From Bdellovibrionota bacterium (lineage in GTDB: Bacteria > Bdellovibrionota_C > UBA2361 > CALJRW01), in contig JBGSMD010000047.1 of NCBI GenBank assembly GCA_041740355.1, positions 1 to 39,506 of the forward strand: a DNA stretch of 39,506 nucleotides, read 5' to 3'. Under the pieces are notes generated by a model. It was not told where the DNA came from. It did no database searches and saw only the letters and a program-made list of their open reading frames with translations. The position numbers and the translations under genes are program-made. This document shows positions 9,750 to 19,823 of the stretch, in pieces (the stretch's first letter is position 1; the number at the start of each line of letters is the position of its first letter).

Positions 9750-9790
9750 ATTAGCTTAAATTTACGATTAGCTTAAATATTAATCGTAAA
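9750..9790. promoter_or_regulatory. Candidate operator in the divergent sulfatase/porin intergenic region
   Basis: Perfect IR TTTACGATTA-N10-TAATCGTAAA (9761-9790) overlapping direct repeat ATTAGCTTAAAT (9750, 9767). Confidence 0.35.
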
Positions 9791-10068
9791 ATTTTTAATG
9801 GAATACATAATGATTTTCAGTTAATTAAGTAAAACTTAGTTTAGTTACTTACTAATTATCTTAGGTTAAATTGTTTATCTAATAAGCATTATAACTGGAA
9901 AAAACAAACATACTAAAACCCGAAATGCGTTAAAAGCTATCTGCTTTTTTTCAAGTCGTTCAGTAGAACCACATTGGTTTTAGTATAAGCAGCACTTAGT
10001 TAACTGATCACACTAGCTAGGATTTTATTTCTCTAGTAACTTTAGTTGAACAATATAATTAAGCTGAA

Positions 10069-11385
10069 ATGAGGCGAATTTACATTTTATCAATTATTTT
10101 TTTGCCAATACTTGTTCAGGCCAATGAACAAGATATAAATGCGCCTATTCCCGAATCTGTGGAAAATCTGCAACATTCAATGGCCTCACAATTTGAAGAT
10201 GCTTCTAAGGAGCCACCCCACCATCAATTTTTGGAAGATTCCAAAGTTCAGCTTAACCTACGAAATTATTATTTAGAAAAAAAAGCACAAGAATTTAATA
10301 ATGATAATGCCGCTTGGTCTCAAGGAGGATCGCTTGCCTATCAATCAGGAAAGTTTCAAGAACTCGTCAGCGTTAAAGCCGAATATTTTATGTCCACCAA
10401 TCTGTATAATCCTAGCGACTCAACTGAGAGCCAATCTTCAACTGCCGAACAAGAAAACTATGGAGTTCTTGGAGTTTTAAATCCCATAGTAGATTTGCCA
10501 GAATCACGCCTCTCGCTTTATCGACAAAGATATAACTATGCTTACTTAAACGATCAATTCTCACGAATGACACCTAACACCTTCGAAGGCTATTCAATCT
10601 CCACTAGTCCGATAGATAACGACCACAAAGTGCAATATATCTTTGGTTATATTGATAAAATAAAACAAAGAAATGCTCAGGATTTTATTTCTATGTCCGA
10701 AGCTGCTGGAGTAGTTGATGGTAATAAGGGTAGTGTCATTGGGGGACTTCTATATACTCCAGATGATCGTCACTCCACTGGTATTGGTAATTTCTATACA
10801 GAAGATGCATTAAATATTTTTTATACAGAGTCTCAGTATCGCCGAAGTATTACTAAGGAAGTTTCTTATAGCCTGTCTGGACAATTTTCAGAACAACGTA
10901 GCATTGGCGATAACCTACTAACTGATGAAGACTTCAGGACATATATGTGGGGGATCAGAAATGCCCTTAGCTATAATAATTTCATCCTCAAACTTTCCTT
11001 TAACTCTAACTCAAGTGATCAAAACCTACGATCTCCTTTTGGTTCTTACCCTAGCTATACTTCCACCATAATTGACGACTTTAATCGTGCTGGCGAAAGT
11101 TCCTGGCAAACAGCTTTGTCCTATAATTTTTCACGGATAGGATTTGATGGAGCGAGTATTTCTACCAGCTATACTAAAGGACATAACGCAATCTCTGAGG
11201 AAACAGGAGAAGATCTTCCGAACATTCAGGAATTAGACTTAACCATCGACCTCAAACCTGAATCTGGATTTTTAAAAGATTTCTGGTTCAGGATTAGGGG
11301 GGCCCATCGCAGCGAGATAAATGCAGAATCATCTGATGAACTAAGACTAATTATTAATTATGAAATTCCCCTATTTGGTTTCTAA
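10069..11385 (+). CDS. OprD-family outer-membrane porin
   Basis: Signal peptide; LNLRNYY, FNRAGESSWQ..Y.F..IG..G, QELDL and C-terminal ELRLIINYEIPLF typical of OprD/Occ porins. Confidence 0.75.
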   Translation: MRRIYILSIIFLPILVQANEQDINAPIPESVENLQHSMASQFEDASKEPPHHQFLEDSKVQLNLRNYYLEKKAQEFNNDNAAWSQGGSLAYQSGKFQELVSVKAEYFMSTNLYNPSDSTESQSSTAEQENYGVLGVLNPIVDLPESRLSLYRQRYNYAYLNDQFSRMTPNTFEGYSISTSPIDNDHKVQYIFGYIDKIKQRNAQDFISMSEAAGVVDGNKGSVIGGLLYTPDDRHSTGIGNFYTEDALNIFYTESQYRRSITKEVSYSLSGQFSEQRSIGDNLLTDEDFRTYMWGIRNALSYNNFILKLSFNSNSSDQNLRSPFGSYPSYTSTIIDDFNRAGESSWQTALSYNFSRIGFDGASISTSYTKGHNAISEETGEDLPNIQELDLTIDLKPESGFLKDFWFRIRGAHRSEINAESSDELRLIINYEIPLFGF

Positions 11386-11792
11386 AACATATGTCTATCA
11401 AATACTAGAACTTATCTCGTATTGTCGAAAAGAGCCTGTAAGAAAGGAAAGAAGTTTGGTTTCAGTTTGGACTAATAAAGAATAGTGAGACGAAGCCTAG
11501 CGTGGATTCTTTGTTCAAAATAAAGCTAAAATCCTTACCTGCATTAGGGCATCTCCATTGATAAACTGTAATTTTCCAAAGCATTCGAGAGTCATCGTGA
11601 TCTTGTTGGATAAGACCCTAATAATTCGAACTGCCACCCTCCTTTAAAAGATCAATTTTGAGTAGCAATTTTATATATACTTGCCTATAAAAAATTGCTA
11701 AAGTTCCAAAGGCACGAATGCCTTCTAACTCTAAACCTCAGGTTTAGATATTGTATTTTAGCATCAATAAAATTTTAATCCGTATTTCTGTT

Positions 11793-13739
11793 ATGAAAAT
11801 TCATCTTACAATGTCGACCTACCGCAAATCCCCCCTATTGTTTGCATTACTCTTGATTACCCTCTTTGCCAATGGTTGTGCCTTACAGTATATCACCGAA
11901 AAGATTAACTTAACGGAAAAATTTCAAACTTCTAAAAATAATGTCTTAACAACTGGAGAGCTAAGCTCCGAGACTATCCAAGAACTACGCATACTATCTC
12001 TTAATAAACGGTTTGATAAAGATCCTGAAGCAACGTTAGCAACAATGGAAGCAAGCCCGATTGAAGGTCGTCTTACCGAACAAGCCTTAGCTTTAGCAGA
12101 ACTAGCCTATTACCATGCGGAAGAGTTATACAATGATGGCGATAAAAAGAAATCAGCAAGGTATTATTTAATGTCAGCTGCTAATGCCTATGATTTTCTA
12201 TTTCATTATGACGAGAAGTTAACACATTCTTTTGTTTCTCCATTTGGAAGAACAATGACGGAACTATACAACGCGTCTTTATCTAAAATAGTTGATATTC
12301 ATCAAACAGAAAAAACTTCTTGGCTCCTTCCAATGGAAACCCAAATTGGTAATACTAACTATAAAATTTCCGCAACAGCAGACGCCCAAGAGGTAATGCC
12401 CCTATTTCAAACTAACAAGTTTTTTCCAGCCTATGAAATCCAAGTTAAAGGCTTAGAAAATTTCTATAAGAGCCAAGGAATTGGAGCTCCAATAGTTAGA
12501 AAAATCAACAATGAAAAGGGCAAACCAAACTACAATGAGTTTTTCCCTGAAGTCCTATCAGTTCCACTAACAATACTTTTAGATTTCTCACCAAGAACAC
12601 AGTCCTCTGGTTCATCAACTCGAGACGTAACGGTGTCTTTTCTTGATCCTTATAAAGTAGATACTACAAAAATCGGCGAACAAGACTACCCTCTGGAAGC
12701 TGACTTCTCTACTTCCTTTGGAGCGATGCTAGCGGATCTAAAACCAGGTAAATTAGATTTAGATAAACTCCTCAACCCTGAAAAGTATATTAACAAGATT
12801 GGCTTAAAATTTATCCAAGCTTATGATCCTGAAAAAATCCCTGTAGTTTTTGTTCATGGACTTTATTCTTCCCCTTCTACTTATATCCAAATGGCTAACG
12901 ATCTAATGGGGATTGATGCTATTAGAAAAAAATATCAATTTTGGGTCTTTGGATATCCAACAGGCTTACCAATCTTAAACTCTAGCACTAGACTTCGTGC
13001 CTCATTGCTAGAGGCTGCAAAATTATTCAACCCGAATGGTGACAATCCAAATTTTAACAATATGGTAATTGTAGGTCACAGTATGGGTGGAATCCTAAGT
13101 CGCTCGATGATCTTAGAAAACAGTAAACATTTTTACGAGTCTTTTGCTACTGTTCCAATTGACCAATTAGACTTAACAAAACAGGAGTATGCTGAAGTCA
13201 AAGCAAGTTTATTGTTTGAACCACTTCCATTTATTAAACGTGCTGTCTTTATTGCTGCCCCGCTAAGAGGTAGTGAAGTCGCTCAAGGCTCATTAGTAAT
13301 GCAATTATCCAAATGGTTTATTTCATTGCCAAAGAAAATTGTTTCCAGTCGTCAATCAATACTTCGAAAAAATGAGCAATATCTAAATCCAAATTTAAGA
13401 TCAGCAGATTTTATAAAAACTCCAGCAAGTAGCGTTGACAATCTAAGAACAGACTCCCCGGTACTAAGAGCTTATATTGAGACACCGACTGTCCCTGGCT
13501 TGCCATATCATACTATTATTGGAATTCAAGATGCGACAGATCCATTAACAAGCAGTGATGGTATTGTAGCTTATGGAAGTTCTCACTTAGATGATGCAGA
13601 ATCTGAACTGCTGGTTCCTTGGGGACATTCTTGCTTAACTCAACCTCAAACAATTGCCGAAGTCCGACGCATATTATTACTGCACCTTGGACAAACGACT
13701 GATGTAAATGCCAAACCGAAAGTGCTTAAGACCAAATAA
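11793..13739 (+). CDS. Lipoprotein with C-terminal alpha/beta hydrolase (esterase/lipase) domain
   Basis: Lipobox FANGC; PVVFVHG, GHSMGG nucleophile elbow, SDGIV and GHS acid/His motifs; start ATG 11793 or 11811. Confidence 0.8.
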   Translation: MKIHLTMSTYRKSPLLFALLLITLFANGCALQYITEKINLTEKFQTSKNNVLTTGELSSETIQELRILSLNKRFDKDPEATLATMEASPIEGRLTEQALALAELAYYHAEELYNDGDKKKSARYYLMSAANAYDFLFHYDEKLTHSFVSPFGRTMTELYNASLSKIVDIHQTEKTSWLLPMETQIGNTNYKISATADAQEVMPLFQTNKFFPAYEIQVKGLENFYKSQGIGAPIVRKINNEKGKPNYNEFFPEVLSVPLTILLDFSPRTQSSGSSTRDVTVSFLDPYKVDTTKIGEQDYPLEADFSTSFGAMLADLKPGKLDLDKLLNPEKYINKIGLKFIQAYDPEKIPVVFVHGLYSSPSTYIQMANDLMGIDAIRKKYQFWVFGYPTGLPILNSSTRLRASLLEAAKLFNPNGDNPNFNNMVIVGHSMGGILSRSMILENSKHFYESFATVPIDQLDLTKQEYAEVKASLLFEPLPFIKRAVFIAAPLRGSEVAQGSLVMQLSKWFISLPKKIVSSRQSILRKNEQYLNPNLRSADFIKTPASSVDNLRTDSPVLRAYIETPTVPGLPYHTIIGIQDATDPLTSSDGIVAYGSSHLDDAESELLVPWGHSCLTQPQTIAEVRRILLLHLGQTTDVNAKPKVLKTK

Positions 13740-14740
13740 TGAGAAGTTCTTTCCTAAAAAAAACTGGAAAGCTTCTTGGTCTTGGCCTGTTCTATTTAAT
13801 TCTAGCCATAGCCATTGCGTGGTCAACCATGGCGATACTTATTGATGGCCCACAAAACGATCTGGGACTGGCACTCGCTGGTTTTTTTCTTGTCGGTCAA
13901 ATTTGTGCTTTATTTTTCATACCTAAAAAGACACGCTTATTATCCTCACTCGTACTAATCTTCTTCGTTATCGCTTGGTGGACTCAAATTAAACCTTCTA
14001 ACAATCGCTACTGGACAGCAGATGTTGCTCAACTACCCTCTGCTCACTTTGATGGCGACTTAGTAACAATTAAGAATCTTAGAAATTTTAAATATACTTC
14101 TGAAACTGATTTTACAGAAAACTGGGAAGAACGAACTTATGACTTAAGCAAAGTAAAAAGCTTTAATGTCTTCCTCTCATACTGGGGTCCCAAATGGATG
14201 GCTCATGCCATCTCTAGTTGGGAATTTGAAGATGGTCAGCATTTAGCAATCTCGATTGAAACTAGAAAAGAAGTTGGAGAAAGTTATTCTGCCCTGCTCG
14301 GATTTTTTAGGCAGTTTGAACTTTATTATGTTGTTGCAGATGAAGAAGATGTGATTAAACTTCGAACTAACTTTAGAAATGAAGACGTTTATCTCTACCA
14401 GATGAAAACTAGTCCGGAAGTTGCTCGTGCATTACTAGAAGACTACCTAAAAGAAGTGAACCACTTTCAAACTCACCCACGCTGGTACAATGCTATAACT
14501 ACTAATTGCTCCACCGTCATTCGCGAACAGATCAGTCATGTTGATAAAATCAAACCTTGGAACTGGAAGATGTTAGCTAATGGCTATTTAGATGAGCTAG
14601 CCTACTCTCGGGGGCAAATTGATAATTCAATCCCCTTTTCTGAAGTGAAACGTCAAGCTTATATTAACGATCGGGCAAAGAATGCTACTGGGAATTTTTC
14701 ACAGGCGATTCGGGAGAAACTGGTAATAAGTAGAAACTAA
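13739..14740 (+). CDS. Membrane protein, DUF4105 (Lnb N-terminal-like) family
   Basis: Three N-terminal TMs; AH..SW.F, SIETRKE.GE.YS...GFFRQFEL, YN.ITTNCST; coupled to upstream hydrolase (TAATG overlap). Confidence 0.75.
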   Translation: MRSSFLKKTGKLLGLGLFYLILAIAIAWSTMAILIDGPQNDLGLALAGFFLVGQICALFFIPKKTRLLSSLVLIFFVIAWWTQIKPSNNRYWTADVAQLPSAHFDGDLVTIKNLRNFKYTSETDFTENWEERTYDLSKVKSFNVFLSYWGPKWMAHAISSWEFEDGQHLAISIETRKEVGESYSALLGFFRQFELYYVVADEEDVIKLRTNFRNEDVYLYQMKTSPEVARALLEDYLKEVNHFQTHPRWYNAITTNCSTVIREQISHVDKIKPWNWKMLANGYLDELAYSRGQIDNSIPFSEVKRQAYINDRAKNATGNFSQAIREKLVISRN

Positions 14741-14940
14741 CAGTAAGCTCTGCTCGATCAGCGCTAGGAAACTGTAATTAATCACTTAACGTACATGAGT
14801 TCAAGAATTAAAGCGTTATACTTATGCCAAGATGGATTTAGTAGCTGAGAAATGGCAGGGACTGGGTTCTTGTTTCCCAAAAATCGAACCTAGTGTAGAA
14901 ACTAAGGTTGCCATCACCGCAATATTTAAACATTTATTAC

Positions 14941-15342
14941 ATGAAAACTAGAACCCATAATTTATATGACCAGCTTGTTACTGAATTTGAAATCCAAGCT
15001 GAACAAGTAGCATTCTTAGCTAATTTCCTTGATGAATTAAATAAAATCTCCGAGACTCCTGGGCGTATCTCTCCTGCTAGCTTCTCAGAAATCACTAGAC
15101 AGAAAAAGTTCTTTTTAGTTAGTAAGCTTGGTAAGATTATTGAGGATCGCCTTCGACTGGAAAGCTACTTAGCAGAGCCTTCTCCTGCTGGAAATGAACC
15201 GTATTCGATTTCCCGACTAGCGCATATTCCACCGGATTTTTGTACAGGTAATTATTTTGGTAAATTACAGATGATGCATGAGCGGCATATTATTCGCGTT
15301 CAAAGGTTTTTTGAGTCGCAACAGAACCAAGTCAGGATTTAA
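14941..15342 (+). CDS. Hypothetical protein
   Basis: ORF (ATG at 14941; track start TTG at 14908); no recognisable motif. Confidence 0.5.
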   Translation: MKTRTHNLYDQLVTEFEIQAEQVAFLANFLDELNKISETPGRISPASFSEITRQKKFFLVSKLGKIIEDRLRLESYLAEPSPAGNEPYSISRLAHIPPDFCTGNYFGKLQMMHERHIIRVQRFFESQQNQVRI

Positions 15343-15381
15343 TCACTTACTTCTCTATAATTTTATGTTATATAATGTTAT

Positions 15382-15594
15382 ATGGTAAAATCTCGTAAAA
15401 AATGGCAGCTTGTTTACCAAGGAGACATCGAAAACTTCGACAATGCTGAATCACTAGAATATTGGAAAGATAAATCTGCCAATGAAAAATTCGCAGAAGT
15501 TACTAGATTAATCAAACAAGCCTTAGCAATTCAAGGAAAGACCCACGATGGATCCGGACTACTTAGAACTACTGCAGTTATTAAATTTCCATAA
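15382..15594 (+). CDS. Small protein paired with nucleotidyltransferase (possible antitoxin)
   Basis: 70 aa, LEYW..KS..EK motif; overlaps next gene by 47 bp. Confidence 0.6.
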   Translation: MVKSRKKWQLVYQGDIENFDNAESLEYWKDKSANEKFAEVTRLIKQALAIQGKTHDGSGLLRTTAVIKFP

Positions 15595-15988
15595 AGTTAG
15601 ATATCTAATTATTGGTGGATATGCTGTAATTAATTATACTGAGCCAAGATATACAAAAGACTTAGATCTTTGGATAGACTGCTCAATTAACAATGCTAAA
15701 AAAACTCTTAAAGCTTTAAGTGAGTTCGGGGCTCCCGTTGCAAATCTTCAAGTAGACGATTTAGCTAAACCTGGATTGATTTATGTTTTTGGTGCTCCAC
15801 CACTTAGAGTCGATATCCTAAACCGAGTGTCTGGAGCAACTTTTAAAAATGCTTGGGATAATAAAAAAGTAATTAAGCTAGATAAAGTCAAAGCAAATTT
15901 TGTTAGTCTTGCAGTACTAAAAAGACTAAAAAAATCAGCAAGCCGTCCAAATGACTTAGCAGATCTTGAGAAGCTAAATAAGATCTAA
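15548..15988 (+). CDS. Minimal nucleotidyltransferase (pol-beta superfamily, DUF6036-like)
   Basis: YLIIGGYAV...PRYTKDLD, RVDIL and K.SASRPNDLADL motifs. Confidence 0.8.
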   Translation: MDPDYLELLQLLNFHKVRYLIIGGYAVINYTEPRYTKDLDLWIDCSINNAKKTLKALSEFGAPVANLQVDDLAKPGLIYVFGAPPLRVDILNRVSGATFKNAWDNKKVIKLDKVKANFVSLAVLKRLKKSASRPNDLADLEKLNKI

Positions 15989-16029
15989 AAATAATCTTTG
16001 AAATATTACGATACTTATACTGGACAGAA

Positions 16030-17214
16030 TTACTTCAAGGCCTTAAACCCAATAAACCTTTCCAAGCTAGCCTTCTGACTCCCTTGATTAATTGCAATTT
16101 GAATTAATTCATCAAGTAAGTCGGTGTATAAAACTTCCGGAGTTGTTTCCGCCCATAAATAAAAAGCTAAAGATCCTGGTAAAGCATTAAGTTCGTTTAA
16201 ATAAATATTGCCGGTATTATTATCGTGCATAAAATCAATTCGCACATTTCCTGAAGCATTTAATGCTTTAAAAGCAGTTTTTGCAATCTGTTTAACTTTC
16301 TCAGTAACTGCAGGGTCTAAGTCTTGAGGATTAATTACGCGAGTCAAGCTTGCCATGCCTTGAGAGTCAGGATTTTTCTTGGTGCCGGAGCGCATATACT
16401 TATCTTCATAAGATAATACTCCCGAATCAGATTGAGGAATTTCCACCACTGATGTTTTTACATCACTTCCACTACCACAAACAGCGATGTTAATTTCAAA
16501 CATTTTACCCATAAATGGTTCGATCAGTGCTTGCAGATCATATTTAAAAACATTAAGTAGTGCTCGGAGTAAAGAGTCCCGATCTTCTGCCTTGGCTATA
16601 CCAACGCTAGATCCTCGATTACAAGGCTTCACAAAAATTGGAAAATTTTGCAGTTCAGCATTAGCAAGAATCTGATCTAAAACAGCATCAGGATTATTAA
16701 TAAAATCAAATTTCCAGACGCACTCACCACCAAGTACTGGAACACCAGCAGAACGAAGCACCATTTTACAAATGTGTTTGTTCATACAAAGAGCAGCGGA
16801 TAATAATCCAAAACCGGTATAATTAACTTCGGCCATTTCGAAAAGTCCCTGCAAGTTGCCATCTTCTCCATTCTCTCCGTGAAAGACTGGAAAATAAACA
16901 TCTATTGGGATGTATTCTGCTCTAGTCTTGGAAAGTTTGCGAAGTCCAGGAAGTCTTGGTTGTGGAAGAAGTGTAACTTCTTCTACGATATCTCGGAATG
17001 AATTAAATTTTGGATAAATTGATTTCTCAAGAAGTTTTAGACCAGTGTACCACTTACCATCAGGCGCAATGTAAACTGGGATTACATTATACTTGGAATC
17101 ATCCAAAGCCTTTATCATTTGAAGAGCAGAGATAATCGAAATCTCATGCTCCACAGATCTTCCGCCAAACATCACAGCCAGATTAAGTTTAGAATTTACT
17201 TTTGCTTCTTGCAT
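16030..17214 (-). CDS. ddl: D-alanine--D-alanine ligase
   Basis: FGGRSVEHEISI, FHGENGEDG, VKP..GSSVGI, YEDKY, RIDF, NELNALPG. Confidence 0.9.
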   Translation of the reverse strand: MQEAKVNSKLNLAVMFGGRSVEHEISIISALQMIKALDDSKYNVIPVYIAPDGKWYTGLKLLEKSIYPKFNSFRDIVEEVTLLPQPRLPGLRKLSKTRAEYIPIDVYFPVFHGENGEDGNLQGLFEMAEVNYTGFGLLSAALCMNKHICKMVLRSAGVPVLGGECVWKFDFINNPDAVLDQILANAELQNFPIFVKPCNRGSSVGIAKAEDRDSLLRALLNVFKYDLQALIEPFMGKMFEINIAVCGSGSDVKTSVVEIPQSDSGVLSYEDKYMRSGTKKNPDSQGMASLTRVINPQDLDPAVTEKVKQIAKTAFKALNASGNVRIDFMHDNNTGNIYLNELNALPGSLAFYLWAETTPEVLYTDLLDELIQIAINQGSQKASLERFIGFKALK

Positions 17215-17228
17215 CTTAAAATTTTCTG

Positions 17229-18824
17229 TTAAAACCTATAGCTCGCTTCATGATAATCACTCAAATCATTTTCAATTAAGATTATTGTTTCTGGAATTGT
17301 AAGTTCAAATAATTTTTGGAAAGCTATTTCACGAGTTGCTGCAATTATAAGTTTTCCCGAATCAACGCCAGCTTGAAATGCAGCTTTATTTACTGGTCCA
17401 ACTACAATCACATAGTCACAAACTTCTGCTGCTTTTGTAGCTAGAAATTGATTAATCTCCGCTTCTTCCGCTCCTAGTTCAATCACTCCTGGGGTCATAA
17501 TAATTCTGCGACTAGCAGGCAATTGTTGCATTACTTCCAAAGCCGACTGGAACCCTTCTTCATTAGAATTATACCCATCATGAAGATAATATACGTAACC
17601 ACCTTCGACTTTTGTTTTTTCAAAAGCTAAGCGATTGTTCACTGGTTGGATATTAGCAAAACTTCCGATAATCAATTCTGGCTTTGCACCTAAGGTAAGT
17701 GCCGTTGCAAATACACAAGTTAAGTTACTAACGGCTGCACGTCCTAATAGTTTGGTTTGAATTGAATAAGTGTTTCCTTGGTGCTCAATGTCGAACTTAC
17801 TACCTTCAAAAGTATAAAAAATATTCTTGGCTAAGAAATTAATATGAGGCTGAGGTTCTAAGCCATAAAAAATATTTATTCTTCGCTGATGCTCTAGACC
17901 TGCTTTATTAGCTAAAACATTATCGGCATTTACCACTAAAATTCCATCCTGATGTACTGCTCGGGCAAGCTCTGTTTTAGCTTGATAAGTAACATCTTGC
18001 GAACCAAAACGCTCTAAGTGTTGTTTACCAATTGCAGTTATAATTCCCACAGTTGGAGGAGTTAATTCACAAAGTTTTGCAATTGACCCCAAGCGATATG
18101 CTGCCATTTCAATTACTGCAAATTTATAACTAGCAGAAAGTCGTTCTCTAATTTCACGAGTAATACCCATGCGTGTATTAACTCCTGCTGGTGGCCAGAA
18201 AGTACTACCGAGAGTTAACTGTAAAACTTCAGCCAAGGCATTTTTCACACTAGTCTTACCAAAGCTACCGGTAATTCCAATCACCTGAGGGTTAGCTTTC
18301 TTAACAATTTCTTGTGCTTCATTAAAAAACTTACTTTGTAGATTCTTTTCCCCGGGCTCTAAAATTTTAAGGGTAAGAATTAATATCGCTGGTAATACTT
18401 GCACAAAAAGAATTGCCAAAACTACCTTAACTGAAAGTGTTAAGCAAAGCATAGCCAAAGTTGTCAGGATTACTAAACATAAGATTTTGTAGAGCTGAAA
18501 AATCTTCTTTGCACGAGCTGTAAAATTTAATTTTAATTTTGCCTGATATCTAGGATCGATTGTTGTAAAAGCAATCAGAGCAATAACTGCGGAAGAGAGA
18601 ATAATTGGTAGAAACCAACACTGGCAATATAAACCAATTAGCAAAGCAACAATTAATAGAAGCGTAACTTTTTTATCAAAAGCTTTATTATCAATAAACC
18701 ATTTGATTAATCGCTCAGGTGCATATTCATCCTGCTGAGCAATTTGCAAAAATATTAATCCCCGACGAAAAGCAAGAAAGCCAAGACTTACAACTAAAAT
18801 GAAACCTAAAATACAATTTATCAT
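17229..18824 (-). CDS. murF: MurF-like Mur ligase with N-terminal membrane domain
   Basis: GITGSFGKTS, IEMAA, QHLERFGS, K.EL, DGYNSN, TPGVIELG; several N-terminal TMs. Confidence 0.8.
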   Translation of the reverse strand: MINCILGFILVVSLGFLAFRRGLIFLQIAQQDEYAPERLIKWFIDNKAFDKKVTLLLIVALLIGLYCQCWFLPIILSSAVIALIAFTTIDPRYQAKLKLNFTARAKKIFQLYKILCLVILTTLAMLCLTLSVKVVLAILFVQVLPAILILTLKILEPGEKNLQSKFFNEAQEIVKKANPQVIGITGSFGKTSVKNALAEVLQLTLGSTFWPPAGVNTRMGITREIRERLSASYKFAVIEMAAYRLGSIAKLCELTPPTVGIITAIGKQHLERFGSQDVTYQAKTELARAVHQDGILVVNADNVLANKAGLEHQRRINIFYGLEPQPHINFLAKNIFYTFEGSKFDIEHQGNTYSIQTKLLGRAAVSNLTCVFATALTLGAKPELIIGSFANIQPVNNRLAFEKTKVEGGYVYYLHDGYNSNEEGFQSALEVMQQLPASRRIIMTPGVIELGAEEAEINQFLATKAAEVCDYVIVVGPVNKAAFQAGVDSGKLIIAATREIAFQKLFELTIPETIILIENDLSDYHEASYRF

Positions 18825-19576
18825 TTGAGAAACTCTCTAATAATTTTGGCACAGTAGTGTGCACCAACATCGGCAAATGGTTCATGGCCTTGGTAAGCTA
18901 AAACGCGTAATTCAGAGTTATCAATTGCTTCGTTATAAGCCTTAGCCTGTTCCATTCCGGCTTGAGTATCATTTGCTCCCCAAAGTAGTAATGTCTTTTG
19001 CTTAATCTTCACAGCATATTCGGAAAGATTTTCATTAACAGTTTTTACTAGGAGCTTTCGCAACTCCCCTGCTCTTTGATAATCACTAGATCCAAATTTA
19101 GGTACAAAATAATTTTTGAATAGACTAGTTCTAAAAACCTGATCAATTAATTTTAAAGTCTTGGAGAAATACTTTAAAACTTTAAGTCTTGTTGCTTGCC
19201 AAGGAGTTTTGCGCTGAGGAAATCCTGGCGTTCCGATCAAAATTAATTTCTCAGCAAGGATTTCTGGATATAGTGCTGCAAGTTTTACTGCAATGCGCCC
19301 ACCAAAAGAATGTCCAATTAAAATTGGGTTAATATTTTCTTGTTCAATTAATCGCCTAACGAATTGAACATAGTCGGCCGTGGAGGCCTCTTCGCTTAAG
19401 CTTGGAGTTATTCCAAAACCTGGTAAATCAAGCAGATAAACTTGGTAATCTTTGGATAAGAACTTGGCCAAATCTAATAAATTAGCCTGTGAATGTTGCC
19501 AACCATGGAGCATCAATAGCGTTGCACCAGTTGTTCCTAATTTTTTAAATAGTATGGGATTTTCCGACATTGGCAA
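18821..19576 (-). CDS. Alpha/beta fold hydrolase
   Basis: LHGW, DLPGFG, GHSFGG, WGAND, GH; overlaps murF start (ATGA). Confidence 0.85.
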   Translation of the reverse strand: MPMSENPILFKKLGTTGATLLMLHGWQHSQANLLDLAKFLSKDYQVYLLDLPGFGITPSLSEEASTADYVQFVRRLIEQENINPILIGHSFGGRIAVKLAALYPEILAEKLILIGTPGFPQRKTPWQATRLKVLKYFSKTLKLIDQVFRTSLFKNYFVPKFGSSDYQRAGELRKLLVKTVNENLSEYAVKIKQKTLLLWGANDTQAGMEQAKAYNEAIDNSELRVLAYQGHEPFADVGAHYCAKIIREFLK

Positions 19577-19662
19577 AGTAATCTAGACATTGAGTAGACT
19601 AACCCATTAACTTAAATCCATCAATAAAATCATTGTTATTTTTATGCTAACTCGCATTATTC

Positions 19663-19751
19663 ATTAGTGCACATAGCGAAGAGAAGATCCGTCTTCGCTA
19701 AAGCTTTGGCGTGATAAGAATGGAGCCAAAATTCTTCGCAGTAGTGCTAAT
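19663..19751. repeat. Nested inverted-repeat structure containing a REP-like unit
   Basis: TAGCGAAGA/TCTTCGCTA, TTTGGC/GCCAAA and outer ATTAGtGCAC..GCGAAGA/TCTTCGC..GTGCTAAT; 19692-19718 resembles 22371-22416. Confidence 0.55.
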
Positions 19752-19823
19752 CCAATGACACACTGTAATCCTAATAAACTCAAAATTCCTCATAAGTCAT
19801 CGGGATTAGATGAATTATTCGAG

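Noticed and set aside
11386-11750. Possible gene remnant between the porin and the hydrolase
   Set aside because: Only short open frames on the minus strand, with no motif I could identify confidently.
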